A stretch of DNA of 64,000 nucleotides from an uncultured Candidatus Saccharibacteria bacterium (GTDB taxonomy: Bacteria > Patescibacteriota > Saccharimonadia > Saccharimonadales > JACDBH01). Shown piece after piece: positions 44,812-54,490 of this stretch (position 1 is the stretch's first letter; each line of letters begins with the position of its first letter). Below the pieces are notes generated by a model. That model made no database searches and was not told where the DNA came from. It saw nothing but the letters and a program-made list of their open reading frames with translations. The position numbers were made by a program, and so were the translations under genes. The stretch is from contig CAZXOA010000002.1 of the NCBI GenBank assembly GCA_964642275.1, forward strand, positions 16,019-80,018. The letters are read 5' to 3'.

Positions 44812-45897
44812 CTACTTGATGGTGCCGGTAGTGCCGAGCAGTACAAATCCAAGATAGATAATCGATAGTACGGTCAGGTCAAGGTGGAGATACTTGCCAA
44901 CCATTTTTTCCGTAGAAGCAATCCATTTCTTAAGGCGAAAGCCCCTATGTGTTGCCCAGAGCAGGCCGATAGCGCAGACACTCAGTATGACAAAAGTTGC
45001 ACTCCAGATGGCACTGCCTCCAGTCATGACCTGAATTCTCCTAACCTCTGTCGTTGTGGCGGTCGGCGGGGTCTCTTGACTTCCGGTGAGGGCGATGGCA
45101 ATGGGCTCTTCGTCGTTGTCTTCCTGGGCAGGAACTTCCTCTGGCTCGGACTCTGTCGGTTTCTGTTCTGAGGCAGGGGTTTGCTGTTGGGCTACGGGTC
45201 TGCTATTGCTTGATCCTTGAGTGGCCTGTGCAGGGGTCTGGGGTGCTGGAGCGGGGGCTGGCGGTGTGGGTGCGGGCACCGGGGCGCCCTGCGGCTTGGC
45301 ATACATCGCAACAACAACGGTCTGCGGCCCGTTTCCAACAAAATCTGCACTGTTTGCAATCCCGAAACCGACCTCGGTAAAGGTTCCGGACAGTAGGTTT
45401 GACCGGTGCGAAGGGCTATTCATCCACCCCGTGACGGTTGCGCTGCTTGTCATAAAGCCATAGGCAAGGTTTTCTCCTGCTGACAGGTACTGATAGCCGG
45501 CACCAGTGATAAATATCCATGGCTGCTGGCCGTCAGGAGTTTGATGTGACCAGTAATTGCGGTTAACCATGTCATTGGCCTTGGCTTGGGCGGCGCTGTT
45601 CAGGAGGCCGTTCGCGCTGAGTGCTGAGACGCCGTTGGCGGTACGCTGCGAATTGGTAGAGGACAGGAGTCCGGCCGGGCTTATATTGGTTGCGTACGCC
45701 AGCACATCCTGGCTTTTGCCAAAGAACAGCAGGTGCGGCTGCGCCCACAAGAATGTGGCAACAAGTGCGATGACAATTGCTGGCAGGAACCGAGCCCGGC
45801 TCCTCATGCTTAACCAGCCGGAGCGGCTTTTGTGCGACCGGGCATTGCTGCTTCGGGGATGTCGTTGCTTGCGTGAATGATGACGGTGTTTTGACAT
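44812..45897 (-). CDS. CAP/SCP (YkwD-like) domain protein with a Pro-rich linker and C-terminal TM segments
   Basis: CAP motifs (YWSHQTPDG, GENLAYG, SPSHRSNLL). PAPTPPAPAPAP linker. Confidence 0.8.
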   Translation of the reverse strand: MSKHRHHSRKQRHPRSSNARSHKSRSGWLSMRSRARFLPAIVIALVATFLWAQPHLLFFGKSQDVLAYATNISPAGLLSSTNSQRTANGVSALSANGLLNSAAQAKANDMVNRNYWSHQTPDGQQPWIFITGAGYQYLSAGENLAYGFMTSSATVTGWMNSPSHRSNLLSGTFTEVGFGIANSADFVGNGPQTVVVAMYAKPQGAPVPAPTPPAPAPAPQTPAQATQGSSNSRPVAQQQTPASEQKPTESEPEEVPAQEDNDEEPIAIALTGSQETPPTATTTEVRRIQVMTGGSAIWSATFVILSVCAIGLLWATHRGFRLKKWIASTEKMVGKYLHLDLTVLSIIYLGFVLLGTTGTIK

Positions 45898-45952
45898 GTT
45901 TTTGTCTTTGCTTATGAGCTACATTCTAGTATAGCTGTCTGTCTGAAAAAAG

Positions 45953-46450
45953 CTAGTAGAATCTGCAGTGGTACAGCGCCATAGCCGCAGCCTGGACGAC
46001 ATTAAATGATTCTTTTTGTCCGAACATAGGTATCTCACAGACCACAGATGCCAGAGCCACGATATCAGACGGCAAGCCCTCTACCTCTGTACCGAGAATC
46101 AGGGCTACTTTGTCGGGTGCGTGGTAGTCGGGCATTTTTGTAGAATCTTTAGCTTGCTCTAGTGCGACTATTTCATAACCAGCGGTCTTGAGCCGCTCTA
46201 CAAGCGCTGTTATATCTTCTTCATGCTGCCAGGCGACCGTATGGGAAGCACCGAGGGCAGTCTTGTCTATCTGTTTGTCCAGTCTTGCAGCAATATGCGG
46301 AAGCCGCGAGTCGTTTTCTTGTCTTGGGTATGGTGTGTATCCTGTGAAGTACACCCCTTTTACCCCAAGTCCTTCGGCGGTGCGCAGCAGCGACCCGACA
46401 TTAAAGGCGCTGCGCATATCATGGGCAATAACAACAATCTCTCTCATCAT
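45953..46450 (-). CDS. TrmH/SpoU family RNA 2'-O-methyltransferase
   Basis: SPOUT motifs (NVGSLLRTAEGLG, LILGTEVEGL, ESFNVVQAAAMALY). Confidence 0.85.
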   Translation of the reverse strand: MMREIVVIAHDMRSAFNVGSLLRTAEGLGVKGVYFTGYTPYPRQENDSRLPHIAARLDKQIDKTALGASHTVAWQHEEDITALVERLKTAGYEIVALEQAKDSTKMPDYHAPDKVALILGTEVEGLPSDIVALASVVCEIPMFGQKESFNVVQAAAMALYHCRFY

Positions 46451-46580
46451 TCGTAAGCTTAACAGATGTCATTTCTACATATCAACGCAGAGTCAATAAT
46501 TTAGGGGTATATCCTTCGGACTTCGGCAGCTCTGGATGTTGATCATTGAAAATTCACTTATAACCTTAAGCTTTTAAGGG

Positions 46581-46595
46581 TATAATGGATATAAT
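46581..46595 (+). promoter_or_regulatory. tandem TATAAT boxes directly before the pilB-like ATG
   Basis: gggTATAATggaTATAATATG. Confidence 0.45.
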
Positions 46596-48203
46596 ATGGC
46601 GGACGAAGCACGACGAATTGAAGAACAGAACACGGCCCGAAGGGCCCAGATATTGGGGCTGCCCTACATTGACACGACCCAGCTCCCAAACCGGCAGCTG
46701 TATTTGCAGTTTCTTAGCGTACAGGAGTTGTACGACACGCGGATTATCCCCCTGATCGTGCAGGAGAACAAGGTTACTTTTGGTGTTACAAACACCACTT
46801 CGCAGCAGACTATGCGTGCTGTGCAGCAGCGCTTTGCAGATTACCAGATTACTTTTGCACTGATGTCGGACACAAGCTATAGCGACTACATGAAGTTGTA
46901 CGATCCGCCCAAACAGGTAGTGTACGAAGACATCAGCCTGAGCGACGCCGGAACCGAAGATTTAGTGGCACGTGTGACAGGCATGCTCGAAAAGATCCGT
47001 CCTGATGATACGCTGGCGTATCTGATAGAGCAGGCCCATAATCTCAACGCCAGCGATATTCATATCGAAACCCAGCGTGGGGATGTGCGCTTTCGTTTTC
47101 GTATAGACGGTGTGCTGCATCCTATTGCGACCATTACGCACGATAGATATCGGATCTTGCTTGGCGTCATAGCCAGCGCTGCCAATGTCTCCAGTGCTGA
47201 TCCTGAGGCTCAGCAGGGCCATATCTCACAGGATCTCACTATGGCTGACGGGCGTACGGTACGTGTTAATGTTCGTCTCGAGACCGTCCCGACTGTCAAT
47301 GGCATGGATGTAGTCATGCGCCTGTTCAACATGCAGGAAGAAAATTACAATCTCGACCGGCTTGGTCTCGGCCCCGAGGAGCGCGCAGTCGTAGATGATA
47401 TCATTGCCAAACCAAGCGGCCTGGTGCTGGTGGTGGGCCCGACGGGTTCCGGTAAAACAACCACGCTGTATTCTATGCTCAATTCGCTCAACCGTGAAGA
47501 CCGCAAGATTATCACTATCGAAGATCCGGTCGAATATCAGTTTGCCGGTATCACACAGATTCCGGTTGATACCAATGCAGCTGGCAATGACGGCAGTTTT
47601 GCCAAGAATCTGCGCGCGACGCTGCGTCTTGACCCGGATATCGTGATGGTGGGCGAGATCCGCGATAATGAGACAGCAAAGACAGCCTTGCAGGCCTCAC
47701 TCACCGGGCATTTGGTGCTCAGCACCTTCCATGCCTCGTCTGCGGCTGCCGCACTGACGCGTATGGAAGAGATTATCGGCAGCAACCCGTTGTTTGTGTC
47801 TGCTATCCGCCTGGTTATGGCCCAGCGGCTGGTACGCCGGCTGGACGACGCACTTAAGCAGCAACGCGACCCAACCGAAGCCGAATGGAACCGCATAAAA
47901 TCAGTAGTAGATAGTTTGCCAGCATCTGTAGAAAAGCCCGATATCAATGGCCTGAAGCTATATGATCCAGGCAGCTCGCCGGAGAATCCCTACGGTTTCA
48001 AGGGCCAGATTGCTCTACGCGAGCAATTCCGTATGACCGATTCATTGCGCCAGTTATTCGAAAAGCAGCATGTGTCTATGGTGGCGCAGGATATTGAGAA
48101 GGCTGCCAGCAAGGACGGGATGCTTACTATGGAGCAGAAGGGTATTTTAAAGGTTATTGCGGGCGAGACGACTTTGGAAGAAATATATAGAGTTGTTGGC
48201 TAA
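46596..48203 (+). CDS. GspE/PilB-family secretion or type IV pilus assembly ATPase
   Basis: Walker A GPTGSGKTTT, Asp box, Walker B and His box. No other pilus genes are adjacent. Confidence 0.9.
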   Translation: MADEARRIEEQNTARRAQILGLPYIDTTQLPNRQLYLQFLSVQELYDTRIIPLIVQENKVTFGVTNTTSQQTMRAVQQRFADYQITFALMSDTSYSDYMKLYDPPKQVVYEDISLSDAGTEDLVARVTGMLEKIRPDDTLAYLIEQAHNLNASDIHIETQRGDVRFRFRIDGVLHPIATITHDRYRILLGVIASAANVSSADPEAQQGHISQDLTMADGRTVRVNVRLETVPTVNGMDVVMRLFNMQEENYNLDRLGLGPEERAVVDDIIAKPSGLVLVVGPTGSGKTTTLYSMLNSLNREDRKIITIEDPVEYQFAGITQIPVDTNAAGNDGSFAKNLRATLRLDPDIVMVGEIRDNETAKTALQASLTGHLVLSTFHASSAAAALTRMEEIIGSNPLFVSAIRLVMAQRLVRRLDDALKQQRDPTEAEWNRIKSVVDSLPASVEKPDINGLKLYDPGSSPENPYGFKGQIALREQFRMTDSLRQLFEKQHVSMVAQDIEKAASKDGMLTMEQKGILKVIAGETTLEEIYRVVG

Positions 48204-48258
48204 CAACTCTATATACTTTTTGTGTGCGCAACCACTTTCGGAGTGGTAATTTTCGCGC

Positions 48259-49392
48259 TTATACAATTACCGAAGCCACGGCTTCGACGACGCCCGGGTC
48301 GAATGGTCCGGGGATGATTTTGTCAGTCGTTGGTTCTGGTACTAAATCGGCCAGGGCTTTAGCAGCGGCTAATTTGTGCTCATCAGTAATTTTGGTAACA
48401 CCATTATCTAGTGCGCCACGGAATATGCCCGGGAACCCAAGGGAGTTGTTAACTTGATTCGGAAAATCACTACGTCCAGTCGCTACGACAGCCGCACCGG
48501 CTTCTTTGGCAAGGTCCGGTAAGATTTCCGGCTCTGGATTGGCCATGGCAAAGATAATAGGATTATCAGCCATGGATTTGACCATGTCTTGTGTCAGTAG
48601 TCCGGCAGCACTGACACCGATAAACACATCAGCACCCATCAGGGCATGTTCCAACGATCCGTTCACATGATTCGGATTGGTGAATACCAGCAGGCTGCGT
48701 TTTTCGTCGTTGAGGTCGGCGCGGTCCTTACTGAGGATACCCTTGCTGTCTATGGCTAAAATCTCAGCCTTGGTATAAAGGTTGAGCAGCTTGATGATAG
48801 CGGTACCGGCCGCACCCGCGCCCACCACGACAATGCGGGATTCGTCGAGGTTGCGGTTTGTTACCTTGGCGGCATTAATGATACCGGCAAGCGTCACTAT
48901 AGCGGTGCCATGCTGATCGTCGTGCATAACGGGAATGTTGAGCTCGGCTTTAAGCCGCTCCTCTACCTCGAAGCACTTTGGTGCAGAGATATCCTCGAGG
49001 TTGATACCGCCGAAGCTCGGTGCAATGGCTTTGACAGCGGCAACAATCTCATCTGCGGTATGAACATCAAGCACAATCGGCACGGCATCAATATCGGCAA
49101 AAGTCTTGAACAGCATAGCCTTGCCCTCCATAACCGGCATGGCGCCGTAGGGGCCGATATCGCCCAGTCCAAGCACAGCCGAACCATCAGACACAACCGC
49201 AACGAGGTTGTTCGTCCACGAGTAGTCACGAAGCTGCTCAGGATGTTCGGCGGTGTATTTAGCCACGCCGCCAACACCGGGACTGTAATACAGTGACAAC
49301 TTCTCTTTGCTGTCGACAACGTCGCGCAGACTCGTACTGATTTTGCCGTGTTTTTCTTTGTGAAGGCTGAGGGCTTGTTCGTATATATCCAT
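48259..49392 (-). CDS. NAD(P)-dependent malic enzyme (short form, no PTA domain)
   Basis: Malic enzyme N-terminal and NAD-binding domains (VVGAGAAG, VSDGSAVLGLGDIG). Confidence 0.9.
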   Translation of the reverse strand: MDIYEQALSLHKEKHGKISTSLRDVVDSKEKLSLYYSPGVGGVAKYTAEHPEQLRDYSWTNNLVAVVSDGSAVLGLGDIGPYGAMPVMEGKAMLFKTFADIDAVPIVLDVHTADEIVAAVKAIAPSFGGINLEDISAPKCFEVEERLKAELNIPVMHDDQHGTAIVTLAGIINAAKVTNRNLDESRIVVVGAGAAGTAIIKLLNLYTKAEILAIDSKGILSKDRADLNDEKRSLLVFTNPNHVNGSLEHALMGADVFIGVSAAGLLTQDMVKSMADNPIIFAMANPEPEILPDLAKEAGAAVVATGRSDFPNQVNNSLGFPGIFRGALDNGVTKITDEHKLAAAKALADLVPEPTTDKIIPGPFDPGVVEAVASVIV

Positions 49393-49489
49393 ACCTTCTA
49401 GTCTATAGCGGATAGTAATAAGTGGCTAGATGTAAAATTTCATTACCCAATTTTAAAGGGATAAAGTCCCGCTGTTTACAACTGCAGGT

Positions 49490-49532
49490 ATTGAAAATTG
49501 CATGGAAATTGAACAGTGAACATTGAAAATTG
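49490..49532. repeat. direct repeat of ATTGAAAATTG (32-nt period) in the divergent malic enzyme / rplS promoter region
   Basis: Copies at 49490-49500 and 49522-49532. A related CATTGAAAATT lies at 46544-46554, upstream of the pilB-like gene. Confidence 0.8.
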
Positions 49533-49542
49533 TTTTTACCCC

Positions 49543-49571
49543 TTGAAATAAGGAGTAAAAGGCTGTATACT
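49543..49571 (+). promoter_or_regulatory. promoter TTGAAA-17-TATACT 10 nt before the rplS ATG
   Basis: Hexamers and spacing read directly. Confidence 0.55.
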
Positions 49572-49581
49572 ACCCCGAGTT

Positions 49582-50103
49582 ATGGATCAAGCAATCAAGG
49601 CTCTACAGGCCGCACAGAAGAAACACCAAGTCGTCGACGTTCGTTCAGGCGACACTGTCAAGGTGCACCAAAAGATCAAAGAAGGCAGCAAAGAGCGTAT
49701 CCAGGTCTTTGAAGGCCTTGTTATTCGCACCAGCCGCAAAGACAGCCAGACTAGCAGCATTACGGTCCGCCGTATCGCGAGCGGTATTGGCGTCGAGAAG
49801 ACGTATCTTTTGCACTCGCCGCTCGTTGTAAAGGTAGAGGTGACCAAGCGTTCAAAAGTTCGCCGCAACTACCTGACCTATATGCGCGACCGTCGTGGTA
49901 AATCAGCTCGTTTACAGGGCCAGGCATTTGACCGCGAAGCTGTGAATACTATCAGCGAAGACCCGGCTATTGCTGCTGCAGAAGCAGAGCTTAAGGCCCG
50001 GGCCGAAGCCGAACACAAGGCTGCTGAAGAAGCTAAATCCAAGGAAGAGGCTGAGAACGAAGCCAAGGTCGCTGAAGCAATTGCAGCCCACGACGACAAA
50101 TAG
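49582..50103 (+). CDS. rplS: 50S ribosomal protein L19 with an Ala/Glu/Lys-rich C-terminal extension
   Basis: L19 core (GDTVKVHQKIKEG.KERIQVFEG), then an extra low-complexity tail of about 55 aa. Confidence 0.95.
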   Translation: MDQAIKALQAAQKKHQVVDVRSGDTVKVHQKIKEGSKERIQVFEGLVIRTSRKDSQTSSITVRRIASGIGVEKTYLLHSPLVVKVEVTKRSKVRRNYLTYMRDRRGKSARLQGQAFDREAVNTISEDPAIAAAEAELKARAEAEHKAAEEAKSKEEAENEAKVAEAIAAHDDK

Positions 50104-50123
50104 TTTGTATTCTGATTTTTGAT

Positions 50124-50150
50124 AAACTCCTCGCTTGCCGGGGAGTTTTT
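50124..50150 (+). terminator. intrinsic terminator after rplS
   Basis: AAACTCC-loop-GGAGTTTTT. Confidence 0.65.
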
Positions 50151-50158
50151 GATATGCT
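50150..50158 (+). promoter_or_regulatory. extended -10 TGaTATGCT 6 nt before the rnhB ATG
   Basis: ttTGaTATGCTtggggtATG. Confidence 0.45.
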
Positions 50159-50164
50159 TGGGGT

Positions 50165-50731
50165 ATGAGCGGAGTGATTGGGATAGATGAAGTCGGACGC
50201 GGCTGTTGGGCAGGGCCGCTCCTGGTGGTAGCTGCTCGGCATATTGACCAGCTGCCGGCTGGCCTGAAGGACTCAAAGGTTATCTCTAAAAAGAAGCGTG
50301 AATCACTGAGGTACGATATTGAGCTGGCCTGTGATATCGGCGAGGGCTGGGTGATGCCGGCCGAGATTGATCATCTTGGCCTGTCAGAAGCAATGAGGCT
50401 TGGTACTGAACGCGCGCTTGCAGCCATTAGTGCAAAGGCCTCGGAAAAGATCATATTTGACGGCAACATCAACTACTGCGATACATCATTTATCAAAGCC
50501 AGCGCGGTAATAGATGCCGATGCGCTCTTTCCAATAGTCAGCGCGGCTAGTATTTACGCAAAAGTCCGGCGCGACGCCTACATGACAGAGCTGCCCGAAC
50601 GCTACGGTGTGTATGAATTTGCCAGTCACGTGGGATATGGGACCAAAAAGCACCTTGAGCTGCTGAAGCAGTTTGGCGTTAGTGATCAACACCGCAAATC
50701 ATTTAAACCAATTCGAGCATTACTGGGATGA
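50165..50731 (+). CDS. rnhB: ribonuclease HII
   Basis: IGIDEVGRGCWAGPL catalytic motif. Confidence 0.9.
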   Translation: MSGVIGIDEVGRGCWAGPLLVVAARHIDQLPAGLKDSKVISKKKRESLRYDIELACDIGEGWVMPAEIDHLGLSEAMRLGTERALAAISAKASEKIIFDGNINYCDTSFIKASAVIDADALFPIVSAASIYAKVRRDAYMTELPERYGVYEFASHVGYGTKKHLELLKQFGVSDQHRKSFKPIRALLG

Positions 50732-51063
50732 ATACAACGTCAACAGGCAATCAGGCAGAGCAGTCGGTGGCCGGGGAGTTCGTGCACAGGGGATATGAGA
50801 TTGTAGCTATGAACTGGAAGACCAAGATCGCCGAGATAGACATCGTTGCTAAGAAGGGTAAAACAATATATTTCGTCGAGGTAAAATACCGCAGGACGGA
50901 TAGCACTGGCGATGGATTCGACTATATTACGGCCAAAAAACTACACCACATGCAGCGAGCCGCCGAACTCTGGGTGACTGAAAATGACTGGCAGGGTTCA
51001 TACGAACTTATGGCGGCTTCGGTAGTTGGCGAGAATAAAATCGATATCCGGCAAATTGCTTAA
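50728..51063 (+). CDS. yraN: YraN family endonuclease-like protein (UPF0102)
   Basis: ATGA overlap with rnhB. EIDIVAKKGKTIYFVEVKYR motif. Confidence 0.85.
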   Translation: MNTTSTGNQAEQSVAGEFVHRGYEIVAMNWKTKIAEIDIVAKKGKTIYFVEVKYRRTDSTGDGFDYITAKKLHHMQRAAELWVTENDWQGSYELMAASVVGENKIDIRQIA

Positions 51064-51100
51064 CCTTGCAAAGAATACAACATTCAATACACTATTAACA

Positions 51101-51640
51101 ATGAGTCAAGTTTCTGCTACTGAACATTTTGATAGCATAAAGATGGTTGGCCAGGCTAGTGTCAGTGCAAGAGTCGCTGCTGGAATGCTCTCGTTGTCGA
51201 TGCCGTCAAAGACCTTGTTGGAGAGGGACGGCTACGGTTCTGAGCTGCTTATGCAGGATGGCTACAAACAGTTACTACACGCGAGGTCCGATAACCCGAT
51301 ATACATTAATGCGGAAAAAGGCTCCCATATTAATGTCACCGGCGAACTGGATGAAGTGGTGGTTGGTGTATATATGGGTTTTATGCAGCCTCCTAAGCCG
51401 GGTCTGATTCGTCGCAGAGATCCCGGATCGATCTATAGAGTCCGAAAGAACCGCCAGGGGAATTTTGATTATTCGGCAACAGTTTTCCCATACTCTTCTG
51501 AGCGGCAGCTGGGTCTGCAGACAGATGCGTCATTACGCAAGGATTGGAGTAGTACGGAGGGTCTCGGTTTGTTTTATCCGGCCAGGGCGCTGAGCTTGGG
51601 AGTGCTAGCGCTGAGTAAGGCAGCTCAAGAGGCGAGGTAG
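51101..51640 (+). CDS. hypothetical protein (179 aa)
   Basis: ATG 51101 follows a TACACT box. No recognisable domain. 16-nt convergent overlap with pepN. Confidence 0.5.
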   Translation: MSQVSATEHFDSIKMVGQASVSARVAAGMLSLSMPSKTLLERDGYGSELLMQDGYKQLLHARSDNPIYINAEKGSHINVTGELDEVVVGVYMGFMQPPKPGLIRRRDPGSIYRVRKNRQGNFDYSATVFPYSSERQLGLQTDASLRKDWSSTEGLGLFYPARALSLGVLALSKAAQEAR

Positions 51641-54147
51641 TTGATAAGCTGCTTAAGGTCGCGTTGTCTCCATGCGGTTTGCCACTCCAGTATCTCTGCG
51701 CCTTGCTTAATGCTGCGCTCTAAAGCTGGTTGAGTACGCTTGGCAAAGAAGTCCTCGTATTCTTTTTTGAACGCTTCATCGCTAAAGCTGCGGGCAGCAA
51801 ATATGGGCGTGCGGTAAAAGCTGAGGTCTGACCCAAGCTCTTTATCAAGCCATGTCCAATTATCTCTCATCCACTGCCAGGCAGCCCTCTTGGCGTGGCG
51901 GTTCATGAAGCTGTAGGCAACCCAGTACATAGCATCTTGGCGGCGCACTGTCTTGGTGGTGATAAGTCCAAGAGCTTTCTGAATGAGCTTATTGTCTTCG
52001 AAAGCAGTCATGGCTGCAGCGATAACTGTGCGCTCTTCGCTCAGGTCGGTGGCATTGTGAAAGGCGAGGAGCTTGTCAAACACAGTGGCATTATCAGAGC
52101 GGGCTACGGTAGTAAATACGATACTGCGCAGGTCAGGATGAATACTCTCCGACGACACCGCTTTGTCAAAGCTCGTACGGCACCAGTCAAGTACGGTGGG
52201 CTCATCGGCACTGGCAGCGAGTGCCAAGATTGTTGGACGCAATAACTTGTCGAAGTGGCTGTCCGACTTGCTCTCGGCAAATCCGAGCCGCGCCAGCTGT
52301 TTTTCTGTGAGCTTGAGTATCAGCGGCTTTATAGCTACCCGGAATTCGTCATCGTCCATAACACGGCGGAGCTCGCCGATGTTGGTAGCAATAATATCCC
52401 AGACGGCGGCATTGTCTTCGTCCGCGTATTTCTCCATCAGTTTGAGCGCCTCTACGGCAGAGCTATAGCCAGCCTTACTGGTCTCGAAGGTGTCGGCAAG
52501 CAGGCCGAGGCGATCTAATGGCTCAAAGCTTGTAAGATCTTCAGATAGCGCTTCAGTGAGCTCGGGGCTGTAATCTACTCGATAGAAGCCGCTTTGACCT
52601 CTGTTGAACTTAGAAATTGCCCCTGTGTCATGATCCAGATGCGCCCTGTCGAGGCGTTCTAGGCCTTTAAAATGGCTCAGGAGCGGTATTGGCCAGGTTT
52701 TACGGCTGATTTTTTCGGGTTTTACCATGTAAAACCGTTCTTGGCTTATCTGTTTTGAGTCGACTTTCAGCAGAGGAAAACCGGGTAAGCTCGTCCAAGC
52801 GTGCATAAACTCTTTGACAGGTTTTCCGGATGATTTTTCGAGTGCGGTCCAGAGGTCATTAGTGACCGTGTTTTTGTAGGCGTGCTCACGGAGGTAATGG
52901 CGTAGTCCGTCACGGAAATCATCAGCGCCTAGGTAGCCGTGCAGCATATGGATCGCGCTCGCGCCCTTGTTGTAGCTGATAGCGTCGAAGATGCTGCGGA
53001 TTTCGTCGAGGTGGTTGATAGGCGCCTCGATAGCATGAGTGTTATCCAGTGCATCTAGTTTGAGTGCTGACTGTTGCTCGTCAACAATAAACTGCGTCCA
53101 CATATCCCAGTCTGGGAACAGGTGGTCTACGGCCATATACTCAATCCAAGACGCAAAGCCTTCATTTAGCCACAGATCGGTCCACCACTGCATGGTGACA
53201 AGATTGCCGAACCACTGATGCGCAAGCTCGTGTGCAACCACCATAGCAACGTATTGTTTGGTGACAAGACTGGTGTTTTTTGGGTCGACTAGCATGCATT
53301 GCTCGCGGTAGGTAATCAGCCCCCAATTTTCCATAGCACCGCTGGCGAAGTCGGGTAGAGCTATCATGTCGCACTTCTCGAGCGGATACGGGATGCCAAA
53401 GTAATCTTCATAAAACTCAAGTGTCCTCACGGCGACATCCAGCGCAAAGTCCGTGAATTGCACGTTGTCTGGGGTTGCATAGGTGCGTACCGCTGTACCG
53501 CGGGCGGTCTTTGACTCTTTGTAGCCAATATCTCCATGCACAAATGCCAGCAGATACGTACTCATGATAGGGGTTGTCTCGAATGTTGTCCTGAGGACTC
53601 TTCCCTCAGTCACCTGCTTCAGAACAGGGGTATTTGCAAGTACTGTCAATCCGTCATCCGGAGTTATGAGTGTCAGGTCGAAAGTTGCCTTGGCCTCTGG
53701 TTCATCAATACACGGAAAAACCTCGCGGGCATGGTGGCTCTCGAACTGCGTTGCGAGCAGCATTTTTTCTGTCTTGTTGTGCGTGAAGTAGCAGGGGTAC
53801 AGGCCGTTCATTGGGTCGGTGATTTTGCCGCTGTACTCAAGGATGACGGTATATTCGCCGGGAAACAGAGTCTTTTCGGTATGCAGCCGTACCTCGTCAT
53901 AGGATTTCTGCAGGTTTATGCGGGACACTTCTATAACTTCGTCACCGCGTTTGTCGTGGCGGGTTATGGTCGCAGATGTCACCCTTAGGTCTTTCTGATG
54001 AAACGTCAGACGTTTGCTGGGCCGGCCGGTCTTGCGGCCCGTTATCACTACGCTGCCGCCGAATTTCTTCTGGCCTGGGTGCAGCTCAATACTGAGGTGA
54101 TAATTTTTTGGCACAAAGCCATCAAAGAGTCTGGTAACTTTTTTCAT
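51625..54147 (-). CDS. pepN: aminopeptidase N (M1 family)
   Basis: GAMENWG exopeptidase motif, HELAHQWFGN zinc site and WLNEGFA. Confidence 0.95.
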   Translation of the reverse strand: MKKVTRLFDGFVPKNYHLSIELHPGQKKFGGSVVITGRKTGRPSKRLTFHQKDLRVTSATITRHDKRGDEVIEVSRINLQKSYDEVRLHTEKTLFPGEYTVILEYSGKITDPMNGLYPCYFTHNKTEKMLLATQFESHHAREVFPCIDEPEAKATFDLTLITPDDGLTVLANTPVLKQVTEGRVLRTTFETTPIMSTYLLAFVHGDIGYKESKTARGTAVRTYATPDNVQFTDFALDVAVRTLEFYEDYFGIPYPLEKCDMIALPDFASGAMENWGLITYREQCMLVDPKNTSLVTKQYVAMVVAHELAHQWFGNLVTMQWWTDLWLNEGFASWIEYMAVDHLFPDWDMWTQFIVDEQQSALKLDALDNTHAIEAPINHLDEIRSIFDAISYNKGASAIHMLHGYLGADDFRDGLRHYLREHAYKNTVTNDLWTALEKSSGKPVKEFMHAWTSLPGFPLLKVDSKQISQERFYMVKPEKISRKTWPIPLLSHFKGLERLDRAHLDHDTGAISKFNRGQSGFYRVDYSPELTEALSEDLTSFEPLDRLGLLADTFETSKAGYSSAVEALKLMEKYADEDNAAVWDIIATNIGELRRVMDDDEFRVAIKPLILKLTEKQLARLGFAESKSDSHFDKLLRPTILALAASADEPTVLDWCRTSFDKAVSSESIHPDLRSIVFTTVARSDNATVFDKLLAFHNATDLSEERTVIAAAMTAFEDNKLIQKALGLITTKTVRRQDAMYWVAYSFMNRHAKRAAWQWMRDNWTWLDKELGSDLSFYRTPIFAARSFSDEAFKKEYEDFFAKRTQPALERSIKQGAEILEWQTAWRQRDLKQLINYLAS

Positions 54148-54396
54148 CCCGTTTCGAATTCTCCCCTAGGTAAATTATGTCAGTATGTTATGAGTTTGTT
54201 CCGAATGTAATCCGCACAGTATGTCCATGGGATTCATAAAACTATTGTACCAGCCTATACCTCTTGTGCTAAACTGATATCACGTTCAACAAAACAAAAA
54301 AGGAAAAAATTTATGTTTGGATGGCAGAGAGATACTGAGTCTCGTCAGCTCTTACGATAAAACGTTTTTGAGCACGAACTAAAACTAACTTGCGGG

Positions 54397-54430
54397 AAGG
54401 AGCGTCCGGGTGGGGGCGCTTCTTTATTTA
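54397..54430 (+). terminator. terminator-like hairpin 1 in the nusA leader
   Basis: A stem of about 11 bp (AAGGAGCGTCC / GGGGCGCTTCTT, with G-U pairs), followed by TATTT. Confidence 0.4.
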
Positions 54431-54465
54431 CAAACTGCGAATGGTGGTGTATTATGAATGCAGTT

Positions 54466-54490
54466 CCCGGCCGTCATGGTCGGGTTTTTT
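54466..54490 (+). terminator. intrinsic terminator 35 nt upstream of the nusA ATG (attenuator candidate)
   Basis: CCCGGCC-gtcat-GGTCGGG followed by TTTTTT. Confidence 0.6.
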
